Notes: a model not told the origin generated them from the sequence alone. A DNA stretch of 63,340 bases, filler included, from Octopus bimaculoides (GCF_001194135.2; 4 parts of 4 records of this genome joined end to end with filler, not necessarily neighbours in it); one strand, 5' to 3'; shown: positions 26,501-39,104, counted from the first letter of the whole stretch. Program-made: numbers and translations.

Positions 26501-27657
26501 CTTTCCCCCAACCAAGACTTCAACTATAGGCAGTGACTGCATGAGCACCTCTACTTGCTCGCAAGGGAAGTTTGAGAGGCAGTAACTTCCCCATAGCTTT
26601 TTCTTTAACTGCAGTTTTGAGCAATATACCCAGTTTGCCTGCACTGGTAGTAAATAGGTCCAGGCTTCATCTCCACACAGTCCCTCACCATAGGCCAGTG
26701 CTCAAATGTCAGGGACTGTACGTGAATGGTCGCTGTCACTCTGCAACAGTTTTCTTCACCCTGTTCTTTACCAGTCGTTGCACTACATGGCAGGCACCCA
26801 CAGCTACCATCGCTGCTGCCTTCCACCCAGTGTTTTATGTTGATATGCGGGCTTGAGTGATGAGCTTGCTCATTGCCATTTTCTTGTTACCTGGCAGTTG
26901 TTGCAGTCGTACTGATATATTGTCGGGAAAGCCATTTACAAAGGTCAGTCATGCCACCTTCTCTATACCGTCTTCGGTAAAACCAGACAGCATGGCCAGT
27001 CTCCAAGCCTCCACAGCATACTCAACAACCTGTTCCCCTGCCCACCTGACCATTCCCAGCTTAGCAAGCGCAGTATACATTCCTTCCATATAGGCTTCCC
27101 TCAAGCCCTGCTCAAACTTTGTTGTGCTTAATTGGTCTTCCTTGTCAATCCCGAGGTACAGTGCCAGTGTGCTTCCCTCCAGGTACAGGGCCATGAGACC
27201 TGCTACATTATCGATGTCTTGTAGCCTAGCCACTATTTTGATCTTATATTGCCTTCGTCATAGAAAGGTCTAACAGTATCACTACCAATCCTTATCTTCA
27301 CTGCTATCACGTGGAAGGGGATAACAACAACAGAGAAATATACTTATACACAAGTGCCAAAATAGCTTGTTGTATGAGGGAACTGTAATTCAGGGAAATA
27401 AGAAACAGTTTGCCTACTGTCCAGCTTGCCTACCATCCAAAACTCGTGCCCTGCCCATCGCACCTAATGAAAGTAGCTGCTAATGCCAATCCCTCTAGCA
27501 TGCTCCCCTCATGTCTGTTTGTGGTGAATGCACCAAGGCAAAAGAGGACGGCCCTGGTCTCCCTTCCCTCACTTCCTCTCTCACCCTTCCTGTTCCAGTC
27601 AGGCCCCTTGACCATTGACGTCAAAGCCCTTTCCTTCTGGTTCCACTCATCCCCACA
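23563..27657 (-). mobile_element. Old full-length Ty3/gypsy LTR retrotransposon (gag-PR-RT-RH-IN, decayed)
   Basis: LTRs at 23563-23866 and 27368-27657 (TG...CA) with a perfect 5-bp TSD GTCAC (23558-62, 27658-62). Internal peptides: knuckle-like YQCRQTGYIAQNCS, protease-like KALTNTSC, RT VVQPTKDKVRPVLDF and CIDDILV, integrase HMGVDRTL...CQSIDP. Confidence 0.9.
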
Positions 27658-28657
27658 GTCACTGCTATTTCTATTATTGTGGAATGCACCATAGCACAAT
27701 GGCATTTTCTTAACAAACTAAATTTATTACCTGGATTTTGAATTACTTAGTTCACCAATATTTTGAAATAAAGCTTAAATATTATTATTTCTGCTTTAGT
27801 CTTAAGTAAATCATTTAGTAACTCATTATGCCTGCATAAAATAAAAGAATAATTAATGAAATATCATGCTTAAAATGAGTAAAACGAAAATGATGACATA
27901 TCTACACTAATAGATATCTATATAGATTTGTAGAAGATTTAAGCAAATGATTTCTCCTGGTAGCTTCATGTAACAGAATGATTAGGAAAAATACTCAGGC
28001 ATGACTAATGCATAAAGACTTAGTGTTAATTTCTAATGACGTTGCCAGATTTGCATCTTAAAGATAAGGCTACTTTCAAGAGCTTGGAAGTTAGCTGATG
28101 TTATTCAGTTACTGGTGCTTTAGTACAACCCATATTGGAGTACTAATCACTGATCTATAAACATAAAAAAGTAGCCATTCAGCTAATTTAACAAAGATTA
28201 TTTACTCAGGAACATATTAAATCCATTAGTTAGTTAACAAACCTGTTTTTTCTTCTCTCTGCCAATTCTTCCAATACTAAATTGGCTTCTACTTTTTCTG
28301 AACTAGGGGAGCTGTATACCACCTTCAAGCAGTGCATTCATTGCCTTTCATAATCTCCACTGCTTTTCATCCATCAAATGATATAGTAATTTAGACTGGA
28401 AAAATCCTAAGGAGGGCTGTAGATATCATGAATGACTGGGCAAATAAATGTTGATCTACAGACATTCAAACTATACATCAGTCTCACTAATCTGGGAAGA
28501 TCCAGATAAGTCGTATGTAGCAATTCACTACTTTTATGTATAAGCTTTCGTTTTTTACCTATCTTTCTCTAATATAACAACACATCACTTTTGACAAACT
28601 GGAATATATATAATTCTTTCCTTTGTTGCTGCTGCTGGTTCTTCATTATCATCATCA

Positions 28658-28659
<2 letters not shown>

Positions 28660-28688
<29 letters not shown>

Positions 28689-28735
28689 CTTCTTCTTCTT
28701 CTTCTTCTTCTTCTTCTTCTTCTTCTTCTTCTTCT
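28660..28735. repeat. (TTC)n trinucleotide microsatellite
   Basis: Directly visible. It is the source of the poly-Glu ORF. Confidence 0.95.
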
Positions 28736-29490
28736 GTTGTTGTTGTAACTAGACTGTTACTTCTCATATGATGGGTGGCTTTGGAGGTATACTTTTGCTA
28801 ATGCGGGTAATTTGATAACAGTTAAATTATAAATATTTTTCTATGTCATATTTCTTGATATCACTCATGATGGCAAAAGTGCATAAATACTATTTTAGTA
28901 ATTGTAGTCATATTCATTTGGAACAATTTGCTAGAAATTGTTAAGTTAATGAATACCCTACTGATTAATGCAAGAAATGCTTACCCTGCTGATGAATAGC
29001 TTACTTGAAAAGCATCTTAGAAAATATATATCCATTACAATAAATATTAACTGTTGCTGAACCTTTTATAGCTACTACTCTGTCATTTCTTCCTCCTCCT
29101 CCTCCTCCTCCTCTATCTCTCTGATTCTTTCTCTCTCATTGTGTGCACAATGTGTGTGTGTGTGTGTGAGTGTGTAGTATTTCATTAGAGACCAGTATTT
29201 TTACATACATTTCATAATTATTGTGTTTGACATGTGATGGACTGGTTTGCAGTATGGGCTATTCCTAATGTGTCATGATTTCCAGTTATGTTATATGTGA
29301 AGCTCAACATCTTAAGATCTATCTTTCCTTCCACATTTTGTGCTGCAAGAGCCTTTCACTCTCAGCATAACATTTATAAATAAAGACAAAATTAAAGACA
29401 AAGTTTAAATGAAGAATATATCAAATATCTATGCTTTTCTACTTCCCACTAATAATGTTGATCACCCCCAATGGAAGCAGTACAAAGACC

Positions 29491-29603
29491 CACTAGCATA
29501 GCTAGAGTGTGTGCTGCCCGGGGTGGCCCTTCTGTTTGCAGAAATCACATATTGCCTACAGCAGACTGCCTCTACCCCCCCCCCCCCGCCAGCTATGCTA
29601 GTC
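29491..29603. mobile_element. 113-bp hAT-like MITE
   Basis: TIRs (C)ACTAGCATAGCT and AGCTATGCTAGT(C). Flanking 8-mers CAAAGACC and CATAGACC match 7/8, consistent with a hAT 8-bp TSD. Confidence 0.7.
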
Positions 29604-30794
29604 CATAGACCCAATGTTATAATACACAGCTAAAAGCAACAGTATTTGGTTTACAATATTGAATAACAGCAGAGTATGATCAAAGTGTAATGAATGTAAA
29701 TGTTTACTGTGTAATTTATGATAGCATGATGCAGAGTTGTTGATATTTGTGCTTGTACAGTAACAGAAAATACCATGCTACCATTTGGACTCTTATTTGA
29801 CTTAACATGTGTCTAATATTTCAGACCAGTTGAAATTTGAAAGAAGGTGGAAAAGTCTGGAATGAGCCAACATTGTTTTTTTTTTTTTATGTGTCTGGTA
29901 AATTTCTTGCACTCAAATAGACAAAAGGCCATTGATATCTGTTGAGGCTAAACAAAACTAATGTACAAGTAGAGTGAGGATGAAATGAGAGAGCATACTA
30001 TCAACTTACACATGATTATTGAAACACTGAAAATCAAAAGTAGAGACACAGACTGGCTTGTTTGATATCAAGCATATGCATCAAGTAAAAGAGAAATATA
30101 GATTTTTGCTTGCTTTTATAATTGAAACTAAGTTTCACTGACATAGTTTCTAATTGGTTTAAATCTTTAACTTGGCTAAATTCCCTCTTGATCAAAACAA
30201 CACTTGTGACAAAGATGAACTAAATGTCTGCAGTTGAAATTATTGCTACACACTTTTTTTTTCCAGCACTTATCAACCATTTTTATTATATGTCCATACC
30301 AATGTTATCATTTCTCTTCCATACAGAAGCTAAGGACTTTATTGCCAGTTGTTTTCTCAGCTACCAACATGTCTTTCATACAAGTGAACATCACACATCC
30401 AATGAATCACATCTGACTTATTTTTTATTCAGTTTCTACACATGCTCCACAGATATTGTTTATATTTCACTACTATGATCTGTTACACTCCTCATATGGA
30501 TTTCATACTGCCTACTTTTTACAAAAAAAGTAATGATCAATTATTTCTAGTGAGCTATCATGGACTTCCACTTCATGGGTACCTTATTTACTGAATACTT
30601 ACCATGTCTAAAGTTTTATTCTTTGGTAGTCTATCAAAAATTCCTCAGTATTTTTTGCATGTATCTATTGCCTGCAGTGAGTAAAAGTATCTAGTGTTGA
30701 CTTTCTCCATACTAAGCAAAATCGCTCCCTCGGTGTCATGTGTTCTCTATAATTTGGCTTTTAGATTTTGAAGTTTGGAATTTCTCTGCAATGC

Positions 30795-30910
30795 TTTGCA
30801 GGCATTTCTGTGTGGTTAAGAAGTTCACTTTGCAACCATGTGGTTTTCAGTTTAGTCACACCATGCAATACCCTAAGCAAGTATCCTCTACTAAAGCCTC
30901 AAACTGAAGC
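30795..30910 (+). mobile_element. Degenerate SINE family 1 head
   Basis: GCAGGCATTTCTGTGTGGTTAAGAAGTTCACTTTGCAACCATGTGG...GCAAGTATCCTCTACTA matches 62146-62240. Confidence 0.55.
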
Positions 30911-30946
30911 CTTCTGAGATGTCTGTTGTGTGTGTGTGTGTGTATA

Positions 30947-32454
30947 CACAGATTGAACCGTAAAAGACAGGCGATTTTTTCAAATGTCATTTTTATATGG
31001 TAAATTCTAAAAAATTATTTTGGGGATGTAAGTGTAAATATTCCAAGACATGCTGGTTTAAGGCTGAGATCCAAATTGCAGGTAACCTTTCAACTTTCTC
31101 TGAAACAAGATGCCAAAACACAGCTGTGTCAAATGCCGTGGGTGGCAGTCACAACCAATTGTCATGACAACCAAAATACATGTGCATCTCCTGGAGGTTA
31201 TAGGTATAAAAATCAACTCGAACCACATTCCTGGCATTCATGATTTGGACACATCAGATATGACCTGATTGTCAGCAGCACAGGGAGAACAAGCTATTGG
31301 CCAATTGCAAGCAGAGCAGCGTCTCCTAGTTGTTGCAAAAGCTTACAATGTCCATGTTACCTGCAACAGTGATACAACAATACCAACAGCACTGCAGACC
31401 ATGCCCGCAGAGTGTGTCCCCTGGTGGCCACACCCAGGCAGGACCTCTTCATTTACTGTAATTGCTTCAGACTGGCCAGTTTGGCAGCTCATGAGACCAT
31501 TGGCACTGGACAGTGACCTATCACTGATGACATGATACAACATCAACTGGCTGCCAACAACCTGAGTTGCCATCGTCCTGCTCAAGGGCCTGTCCTCACT
31601 GCCTCATGACTACAGTGTACTACACAGCAATGACATTGGTGGCATCAACAATGGAGGTCAATAGTTTTCTCTGACAAGAGCCAGTACTGCGTTTCCACCT
31701 CGGATGGCAGAGTGAGGGTGTGGCATAGGAGGGTTGAATGCTACAGAGATGCATATGTCATGAAGAGAGACGTGTAGGGTGGCCAAAGCATTATGGTTTG
31801 GAGTGCTATAGGCCTGAATCAGAGAATTAGGCCCCATGTGTTCCAAAATGTTGGTGCAGGCAGAGGGAATAACATCACAGCGCAGCACTATGTTGACCAG
31901 ATCCTAAGACCTCACATCATGATTTCTTTGCACATCACCATAGCCACGTGTTCCAGCAAGACAATGCTCCCTCCCACACAGCCAGGATCACCAGGGACTT
32001 CCTGCATCAGCACAACATCAGAACCATGCCATGGCCAGCTCTCAGCCCAGATTTTGAAGCCAATTGAACACCTGTGGAATGAAATCCAGAGACGGCTGAA
32101 TCAGGTAGCACCAAGGCCGACAACTTGTGTGGAATTCAAGGCAGCTTTCTTCAGGGTGTGAGCACAGGTGCCAATGGCTTTTGTGAACTGCCTCATGCAC
32201 TCCATGTACTGACGCTGTATGGCCGTTTTGAACACCCAGGGAGGGCATACATGGTATTGAACACGTCACGCCCTACAATCTCAATGTGTTGGATATGCTC
32301 ACTACCAGAACACATGACAATGGACCATAGACTGTGGTCAAAGTGGATCCAAGAAATTGACTTTATCAGATTTATCAAAATTTATCTCTGTCATAATGAA
32401 ATTAAAACATATTTCACAGTCACAAATGTCACGCATTTCTTTTGCAGCTCAGTG
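30947..32454 (+). mobile_element. Decayed Tc1-like (DD34E) transposon
   Basis: HTH-like EQAIGQLQA...VAKAYNVH, then FSD(K), IMVWSAI, FQQDNAP and WPALSPDLKPIEHLW motifs across frameshifts. The right end CTTTTGCAGCTCAGTG|TA is an inverted match to the left end ATTGAACCGTAAAAGA. Confidence 0.85.
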
Positions 32455-32463
32455 TATATGTGC

Positions 32464-32506
<43 letters not shown>

Positions 32507-32606
32507 NNNNNNNNNNNNNNNNNNNNNNNNNNNNNNNNNNNNNNNNNNNNTTAATTAATTAANNNNNNNNNNNNNNNNNNNNNNNNNNNNNNNNNNNNNN
32601 NNNNNN
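32507..32606. other. Artificial scaffold-join spacer (44 N + TTAATTAATTAA + 44 N)
   Basis: Same 100-bp layout as 14084-14183. Confidence 0.95.
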
Positions 32607-32940
32607 AAAAGAAATGGAAAAACTTCCAAAATACAAAGACCTGGAAATAGAGGTAACTCGAATGTGGAATCTAAAAACAGAAACAATTCCTATCATAGTA
32701 GGTGCCTTAGGTATAATAAAAAAACATTCAGACAAATACATAACAAAAACACCAGGACTTACAAATATATATAACATACAGAAAATTGCACTACTGGGCA
32801 CTGCACACATCCTACGCAAAACACTTTCAATACAGTAACCATAAGAGCATCACAGCACATACCCAAGGCACACAGAGCTGTGCTCAGTAGTGAAGTGAAA
32901 GCACGTTATAAAAATAAAACTACTGAACAATAATAATAAT
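32607..32940 (+). mobile_element. 3' end of an R4/Dong-like RLE LINE with (TAA)n tail
   Basis: EKLPKYKDLEIEVTRMW...PIIVGALG...IQKIALLGTAHILRKTL* is the typical RLE C-terminus. A short 3' UTR and AATAATAATAAT follow. Confidence 0.85.
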
Positions 32941-33968
32941 ACAGGAATCAAAACTGCCAAACCGGAAAGCAGCTGGACTAGACAGAATCCAAGGCTACTG
33001 GCTCAAGTGGTTTAGGTCAACACGCAAATGATCTGTGTTGCAATTAGACAATTGCCTACAGTGTAGTGCAGTTTTGGAATGGATTGTAGAGGTAAAGACA
33101 ACATTGTTGATAAAAGATCGGTCAAAGTGCAATGAGGCTGGCAATTACCGACCCATTGCTTGTCTTAACCTCTTATGGAAAGTGTTAACAGGCATCCTTG
33201 CTGAGAAAATATACACGTTCCTTGCGGAAAACAATCTACTGCTAGTAGAACACAAAGGATACTGAAAAGGATCCAAGGGCACCAAGAACCACCTTTTGAT
33301 AGACAAGGTTGTAACGAAGAACTGCAAACAGTACCCCACCCCCAAAAAAAACTTGAGCATAGCCTGAATCGACTTTAAAAAGACAGACAAAATGTTGCCG
33401 CATTTGCGGATTCTGGAAACAGTTGACATGTTTGGAATAGCTGAGAACGTGTACGCACTAATTAAGAACAGCATACCTCGTTGGAAAACAAGTATTTTCT
33501 GTAACAACCAGTACTTAACCGAGGTAACAGTCAAATGAGGCATCTTCTAAGGAAAAGTAAAAATCCTCTGGGACTTTGATTTGTAGACAGACAAGGTGTT
33601 AGAGCACTGAAGGATGGATATAGCAACCTTTAGGAGGGACAAAAGATCAGCATATGAAAGAGAGAGGAAAAATTGATAAATATGGAGACCTGAGAAATGA
33701 GATCGCCAAGATGTGGCAGCTACTAGAGTCCAACATAAAGGTTGTCCCTCTTGTCATCGTAGCATTGGGTTCAATACCACCAAACCGGAAGAAACATCTA
33801 GAAACTTTAGAAATCCCCTACAATCTGGGTGTATTTCAAAAATAGGTTTTACTTGGAATTGTATGCATATTGCGTAAAGTATTGTCTGCCTGAAGTCCTT
33901 ATTGTGACTTGACAGACAGTACAACAATATCTTCAATCAATAACATCACGATATTGGATACTGTGCAA
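32941..33968 (+). mobile_element. R4/Dong-like LINE copy A (5'-truncated, internally deleted)
   Basis: RT motifs GYWLK, NYRPIACLNLLWK, LSIA*IDFKK and GIF*G are fused at ~33550 directly to the RLE region (KILWDFDL, KIDKYGDL, VLLGIVCILRKVL). Confidence 0.85.
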
Positions 33969-35966
33969 CGTCTTCTGGAAACACTCGACATGTGTGGAAT
34001 AGCTGAGAACGTGTGTGCACTGATTAAGAACAGCAAGTCTAGTTGGAAAACAGCAAGCCTAGTTCCTGTAACAACCAGCACATAGCCAAGGTAACAATCA
34101 AAAGAGGTATCATCGAAGGAGACTTAAGTTCACCTCTGTTATTTGTTATAGCCTTGACCCCACTTTTTGTAATCCTGCATAAAATTAATGTGCACTATGA
34201 GCTGAGAAAGAACGAACCTCGTCTCAACCACCTTCTCTTCATGAATGATTTAAAGCTGTTCGCAAAAACAGAGCCTGAAATTGGAGAGGCTGGTTGAGAC
34301 TATGCAAATGTGCAGCAAGGATATAAGGATGGAATTCGGTATCTCGAAGTGTGCGGTGCTTACTTTGAAGCGGGGGCAAAGAGTAAATTGTAAGGGCATA
34401 GAATTGCCAAATGGAGAGAGAATGGAAGATCCGGATGATGGTGGGTACAAGTACCTTGGGATCCTGGACTTGGACAATATCTTGCACAAAGAAATGAAAG
34501 ACAAGATCTTCACTGCATATTTCAAGCACCACAAAGTTCTCTTGAAATCGAAACTCAACTCAAAAGACCTTGTGACTGCCATCAACATATGGGCTGTTGC
34601 TGTAGTCCGCTATAGAGCACCCATCCTGAGATGGACACAAGCGGAGATTGATCAACTCGATCGCACTACTCGAAAGACAGTGACAATGCATGGAGCCCTC
34701 CACCATACAGCAAATGTACACAGGTTCTACATGAAGAGAGATAAGGGTGGACCTGCGCTGATTAGCGTAAGGGAGTGCATCAGCAGTGAAAGAAGAAACA
34801 TGGCGGAATATTTGGTAATCAACAAAGAGACCTGCTGCAGTATGCTGCTAGTGCAGAAAGAGTTATCAAAAATGGACTTGAGAGTGCTCATGAATTCTGA
34901 ACAAGAACAGCCAACGAGAGAGAAGAAACCCTACTCCATATGGAATTACATAGTCAGTTCCACCTTGAAACCAACAAATTAAAAGATCAGGAAGCATCAT
35001 GGAAGTGGCTCAACAAGGGTGACTTAAAAAGAATACTGAAAGCCTAATCATCGTGGCCCAGGACTAGGCATTGAATACCAACTCAGTAAAAACGAATATA
35101 TACCACACAAGTGCAACAGACTTCTGCAGAATGTGTGGGATGAGGGTTGAAAGTGTGACTCACATTGTCAGTGCTAGTGAAAGTCTTGCACAGAAAGAGT
35201 ACAAGCGTAGACACGACAAAGTAGCCTCAAACCCCACTGGCTACTATGCTGTAAGCATGGATATGAGGTTACGGGTGCTTGGTACCAACACACACTGGAA
35301 AAGGTAATGAACGAAAAGGGGAAGGCAAAAATCCTCTGGAACTTTGATTTCTAGATAGACAAAGTGTTAGAGCACCGAAGCCCGGATATAGTAACCTTTA
35401 TGAAGGACAAACAAGAGTGTCTAATAATCGACGTAGCAGTGCCAGGAGATCAACATATCATCATGAAGGAAAGAGAAAAAGTCGATAAATATGGAGACCT
35501 GAGATGTGGCAGCTACGAGAGTCGAACATAAAGGTTATCCCTATTGTCTTCGGAGCATTGGGTTCAATACCACCCAATCTGAAAAAAAAGAAAATCTGAA
35601 AACCTTAGAAATCCCCTTCAATCTAGGTGTATTGCAAAATCAGCATTACTTGAAACGCTAAGATGTGGCAACTACGAGAGTCAAACATAAAGGTTATCCC
35701 TATTGTCATCGGAGCATTGGGTTCAATACCACCTAATCTGAAAAAAAGGTCATCTGAAAACCTTAGAAATCCCCTACAATCTAGGTGTATTGCAAAAGTC
35801 GGCATTACTTGGAACTGCATGCATATTGCGTAAAGTAATGTCTTTCTGAGGTCCCTGCTGCGACTTGACAAACAGTACAGACCCTCGGTAGACATAATAT
35901 CCTCAATCAACAACCTCACGATATTGTATACTGTGCGACGCGTATAATAATAATAATAATAATAAT
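33969..35966 (+). mobile_element. R4/Dong-like LINE copy B with (TAA)n tail
   Basis: GIIEGDLSSPLLFVIAL, HLLFMNDLKLF, YKYLGI, zinc knuckle CRMCG...HIVSA, and RLE HRSPDIV. A ~155-bp tandem duplication (35502-35655 / 35656-35815) and a TAA tail at 35943-35966. Confidence 0.9.
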
Positions 35967-36365
35967 GTTGTACTCCGGATGGTGTACAAGGCTATTGGCG
36001 GAAGAACTTAATACAGTTGCATGAAAGGATCACAGTGCAACTGAATGACTGCCAGCAGCAAGGTCATCTCCCTACCTGGATGACAAGTAGATGAACGCTA
36101 CTATGCCTCAAGGATCCCTTGAAAAGGAACTTGGCATCAAATTTTCAAACTATAATCTGTTTACCACTAATGTGGAAGCTTATGACAGGTGTTTTGGCGG
36201 AAAAGTTTAACAACAATCTGGAAAGTAACAATCTTATATCCAGAAGAACAGAAAGGATGCAGGAAACAAAGTAGGGCAACAAAAGATCACTTATTAGTTG
36301 ATAAAATAATCATTAGAAATTGTAAAAGTTGTTGACAGAACTGAATGTAGCATGGCTTAATTACT
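35967..36365 (+). mobile_element. R4/Dong-like LINE fragment C (RT N-terminal part)
   Basis: PDGVQGYW...[16 protein letters not shown]...[21 protein letters not shown]. It begins right after the TAA tail of copy B. Confidence 0.8.
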
Positions 36366-36479
36366 ATTGTAGATGGATTCCGACCACCCCTAAGAGACTA
36401 AGGGTGAACAGACTCATTGTTATAAAATAAAGAGCAGTGAGTGATTGGCAGTAATGGGTGCGGTGGTCTACATTTTAAA

Positions 36480-38051
36480 AGTAACTCTTTATAAAAATAT
36501 AAAATGCTATAAGTGTGGTAAGATAGGCGATAAAAAAAACCACACTGCGAAACAAAATCTAAAAGACGGTTCAACAGTAAAAATCACGTAAACAGGTTAT
36601 CGGTGACAAGAAATATGAACGAACCTGAAAGGAAATTTGTGCATGTAAAAATTAATAACAGAAACGTAAGGTTACAATTGAATACAGACAGCAATACCTC
36701 GATAGTTAACACAGATACATGGGGGGAAAAAAACGGGAGACGTAAATTAAAAGAAATTTCAAAAATTGTCTGTGGTGTGCCAGGAAAAAAATTTAAGGGC
36801 GAATAGATAAGTGACATTACATTTCATGAAAAAATCTTAAAAGTCAAAGTTTTTGTGTTGAACACTACGACAAATCTATTTGTAACTGACTGGATGGAAT
36901 TATTTAACTTATGGGACCTCAAATAAATCTTTTCTCTAGAATTGTGAATAGTTTTCCCGCCAGAAGAAATAAGTCGTCAAACGAATTGAGAAAAAGAAAT
37001 TAAAATATTTTTCCCGAGGTTCTGTCTGATAAATTAGGTCTGTGCACCAAAATCAAGGCGATGTTTCAAATACAAGAAAACACCATCCCGACATTTAAAC
37101 AAAAACGAACTGTACCACTCACTGCGTTAGAACAGGTTAACTTAAATTTAGAGAGATTAGAAAAAATTAGAATTATCCAAAAAGTGGAATATAGTCAATG
37201 GACATCACCAACTGTGTACATTAAGAAAAAGAGTAATAAAATCAGAGTGTGTGCTGATTTTTCTACTGGTTTAAACAAATGTCTTAAAATATGTCACTCT
37301 CCACTACCTACTCCGGAGGATATTTTTGCGAAATTAAACGGTGGCAAAGTATTTTCTAAATTGGATCTCTCTGACGCGTACCTACAAATTAGAGTAGACA
37401 ATGAATGCTCTAAATACCTAACAATTAGTACACATAAAGGACTGTATAAATACAACAGGCTACCATTTGGCTTAAGAAAGAGTCGCACTAGCAATTTTTC
37501 AACTGATTATGGATGCAATGTTAGCGGACTGTGAATTCAAAATTAAATTCTATATCTGAGTAATGTACTCATTAAAATCGGATACAGGGATCAGCATGTA
37601 GAGCACGTAAAATATGTATTCGAAAAATTAGGGATTATAGCTTTACGTTGAGTGAAGAAAAGGGTGAATTTTTCTTATCGAAAATAAGATATTTAGTGCA
37701 AATAATTGATAGAAATGGACATCGACCAGATCCGTCGAGAGCAGACGCAATCAAAAATATGCCCTCTGACAGATATAGCAACCTTACAAGCTTTTTTGGG
37801 ACTAGCAAATTATTACCAAAATTATATTCCAAATATGCATAAAGTGAGGGTTCGAATAATTTGCTAAAAAAGATGTGAATTGGATTTGGTGAGAAAATTG
37901 TCAAAAGGCGTTTGACGAAATTAGAAGAATATCAATATCCGAGTTGCCGTTAGCATACTTCGACACTGCTGCTGATATTGTTGTAGCTTCAGACACTTCT
38001 GAGTATGGTATAGGAGTAGTAATGCTGCATAAATATAAAGATGGTAACATG
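36480..38051 (+). mobile_element. Ty3/gypsy internal fragment, host family copy A (K02A2.6/Mag-like pol)
   Basis: Knuckle CYKCGKIG, protease-like LNTDSNTSI, RT RVCADFSTGLN...LPTPEDIFAKLNGGKVFSKLDLSDAYLQI, and the start of RNase H. Confidence 0.85.
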
Positions 38052-38292
38052 AAGGGGATTTGAAGCTGGAAACACATAGCACAATCATTAAGTCGAAAAA
38101 GTACTGAAGTCGGAGAAATGTAAGATTTTGTGAGACTTTCCTATTCAAACGGACAAGAAGTTAGAAAATAATAGACCAGACATAACAATTATAAATAAGG
38201 AAAAGCGAAGTTGCTTACTTATCGAGCCATCATGCTTGTTTGATTCCAAAAGGATGGAAAGCAAAGTCGACCTCGGTGGAATTTGAATCCAC

Positions 38293-38324
<32 letters not shown>

Positions 38325-38470
38325 GTAATAATGATAATATCCAGGGAGACACGCGCTCTCCACACCTTTTCTGCTTGGCACTGACACCTTTATTTGAGAT
38401 GCTAAATAGAACTGGATGCGGATACAAATGTTATGCCAAAACAATCAGCCACCTTTTATATATGAATGTT
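38052..38470 (+). mobile_element. R4/Dong-like fragments with a SINE piece and a (TAA)n tract
   Basis: GDLKLETH and KILxDFPIQTDKKLENNRPDI (RLE region). A TAA run at ~38294-38337 is followed by QGDTRSPHLFCLALTPL (RT). Confidence 0.7.
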
Positions 38471-38554
38471 ACCTTAGTTCACTGGTAGTGAACAGCTGAC
38501 ACCGTAGTACATCTCCAGCGTTAGAAGCTGTGCAAAGGCAATAATAATAATAAT

Positions 38555-39070
38555 CGTCATCATCATCATCATCATCATAAATGCCCCGATGCAGTACCAG
38601 GCAGTGGCTCTCATGGCTTCTGATCTTAACTGATTGGAAGTGTTACCATCTACATTGTTTTGTCTTGGTATAAAAGATGGGCTACGGTAAGTATTCTGCT
38701 CAGTGCCGCCGATTTGCTTGTCAGTAGTTTGACCTTAACCAGTTGAGTATGCCTCTTAGTGGCTGACGATATGTACATTTCTGATCATGAGCAGAAGTAT
38801 TGGGGAAGCATCAACAGCTATGTGTTGAAAGGAATTCTTTGGGGTTTGGATAATTCCCCCTTGGAAACATGGGTGTTTTGCCCAGCTTCCTTAAACAACC
38901 CCTATTCAGGGACCTTTTGAGCGGGATGGGCTACTCGACCTGAAGAAAATTCTAACTGGGCCCCACATATGGTTGTGATGCACGTGGCTATTGTACCATT
39001 ATCAGATGGGTAGTCATGACGGGTATACTGGGTTTCATATATTTTGCTCCAGTGTCACTTTGATGGAATG
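38555..39070. mobile_element. Unclassified interspersed repeat beginning at a (CAT)n tract
   Basis: I recall GCAGTACCAGGCAGTGGCTCTCATGGCTTCTGATCTTAACTG as a common octopus repeat. It is non-coding and occurs only once here, so it cannot be verified within the window. Confidence 0.35.
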
Positions 39071-39104
39071 CACTGCTTTCTCACTCAGTGATAATAATAA
39101 TAAT

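Noticed and set aside
28243-28340. Minus-strand exon-like frame MHCLKVVYSSPSSEKVEANLVLEELAERRKNR ending at AG|GTTTGT
   Set aside because: There is an in-frame stop just upstream, no polypyrimidine acceptor and no recognisable homology. It cannot be supported without RNA data.
28585-28767. Poly-Glu ORF
   Set aside because: It is a (GAA)n microsatellite with no splice support.
28985-29025. CTGATGA...GAAA hammerhead-like spacing
   Set aside because: Helix I does not form and helix II is not convincingly paired.
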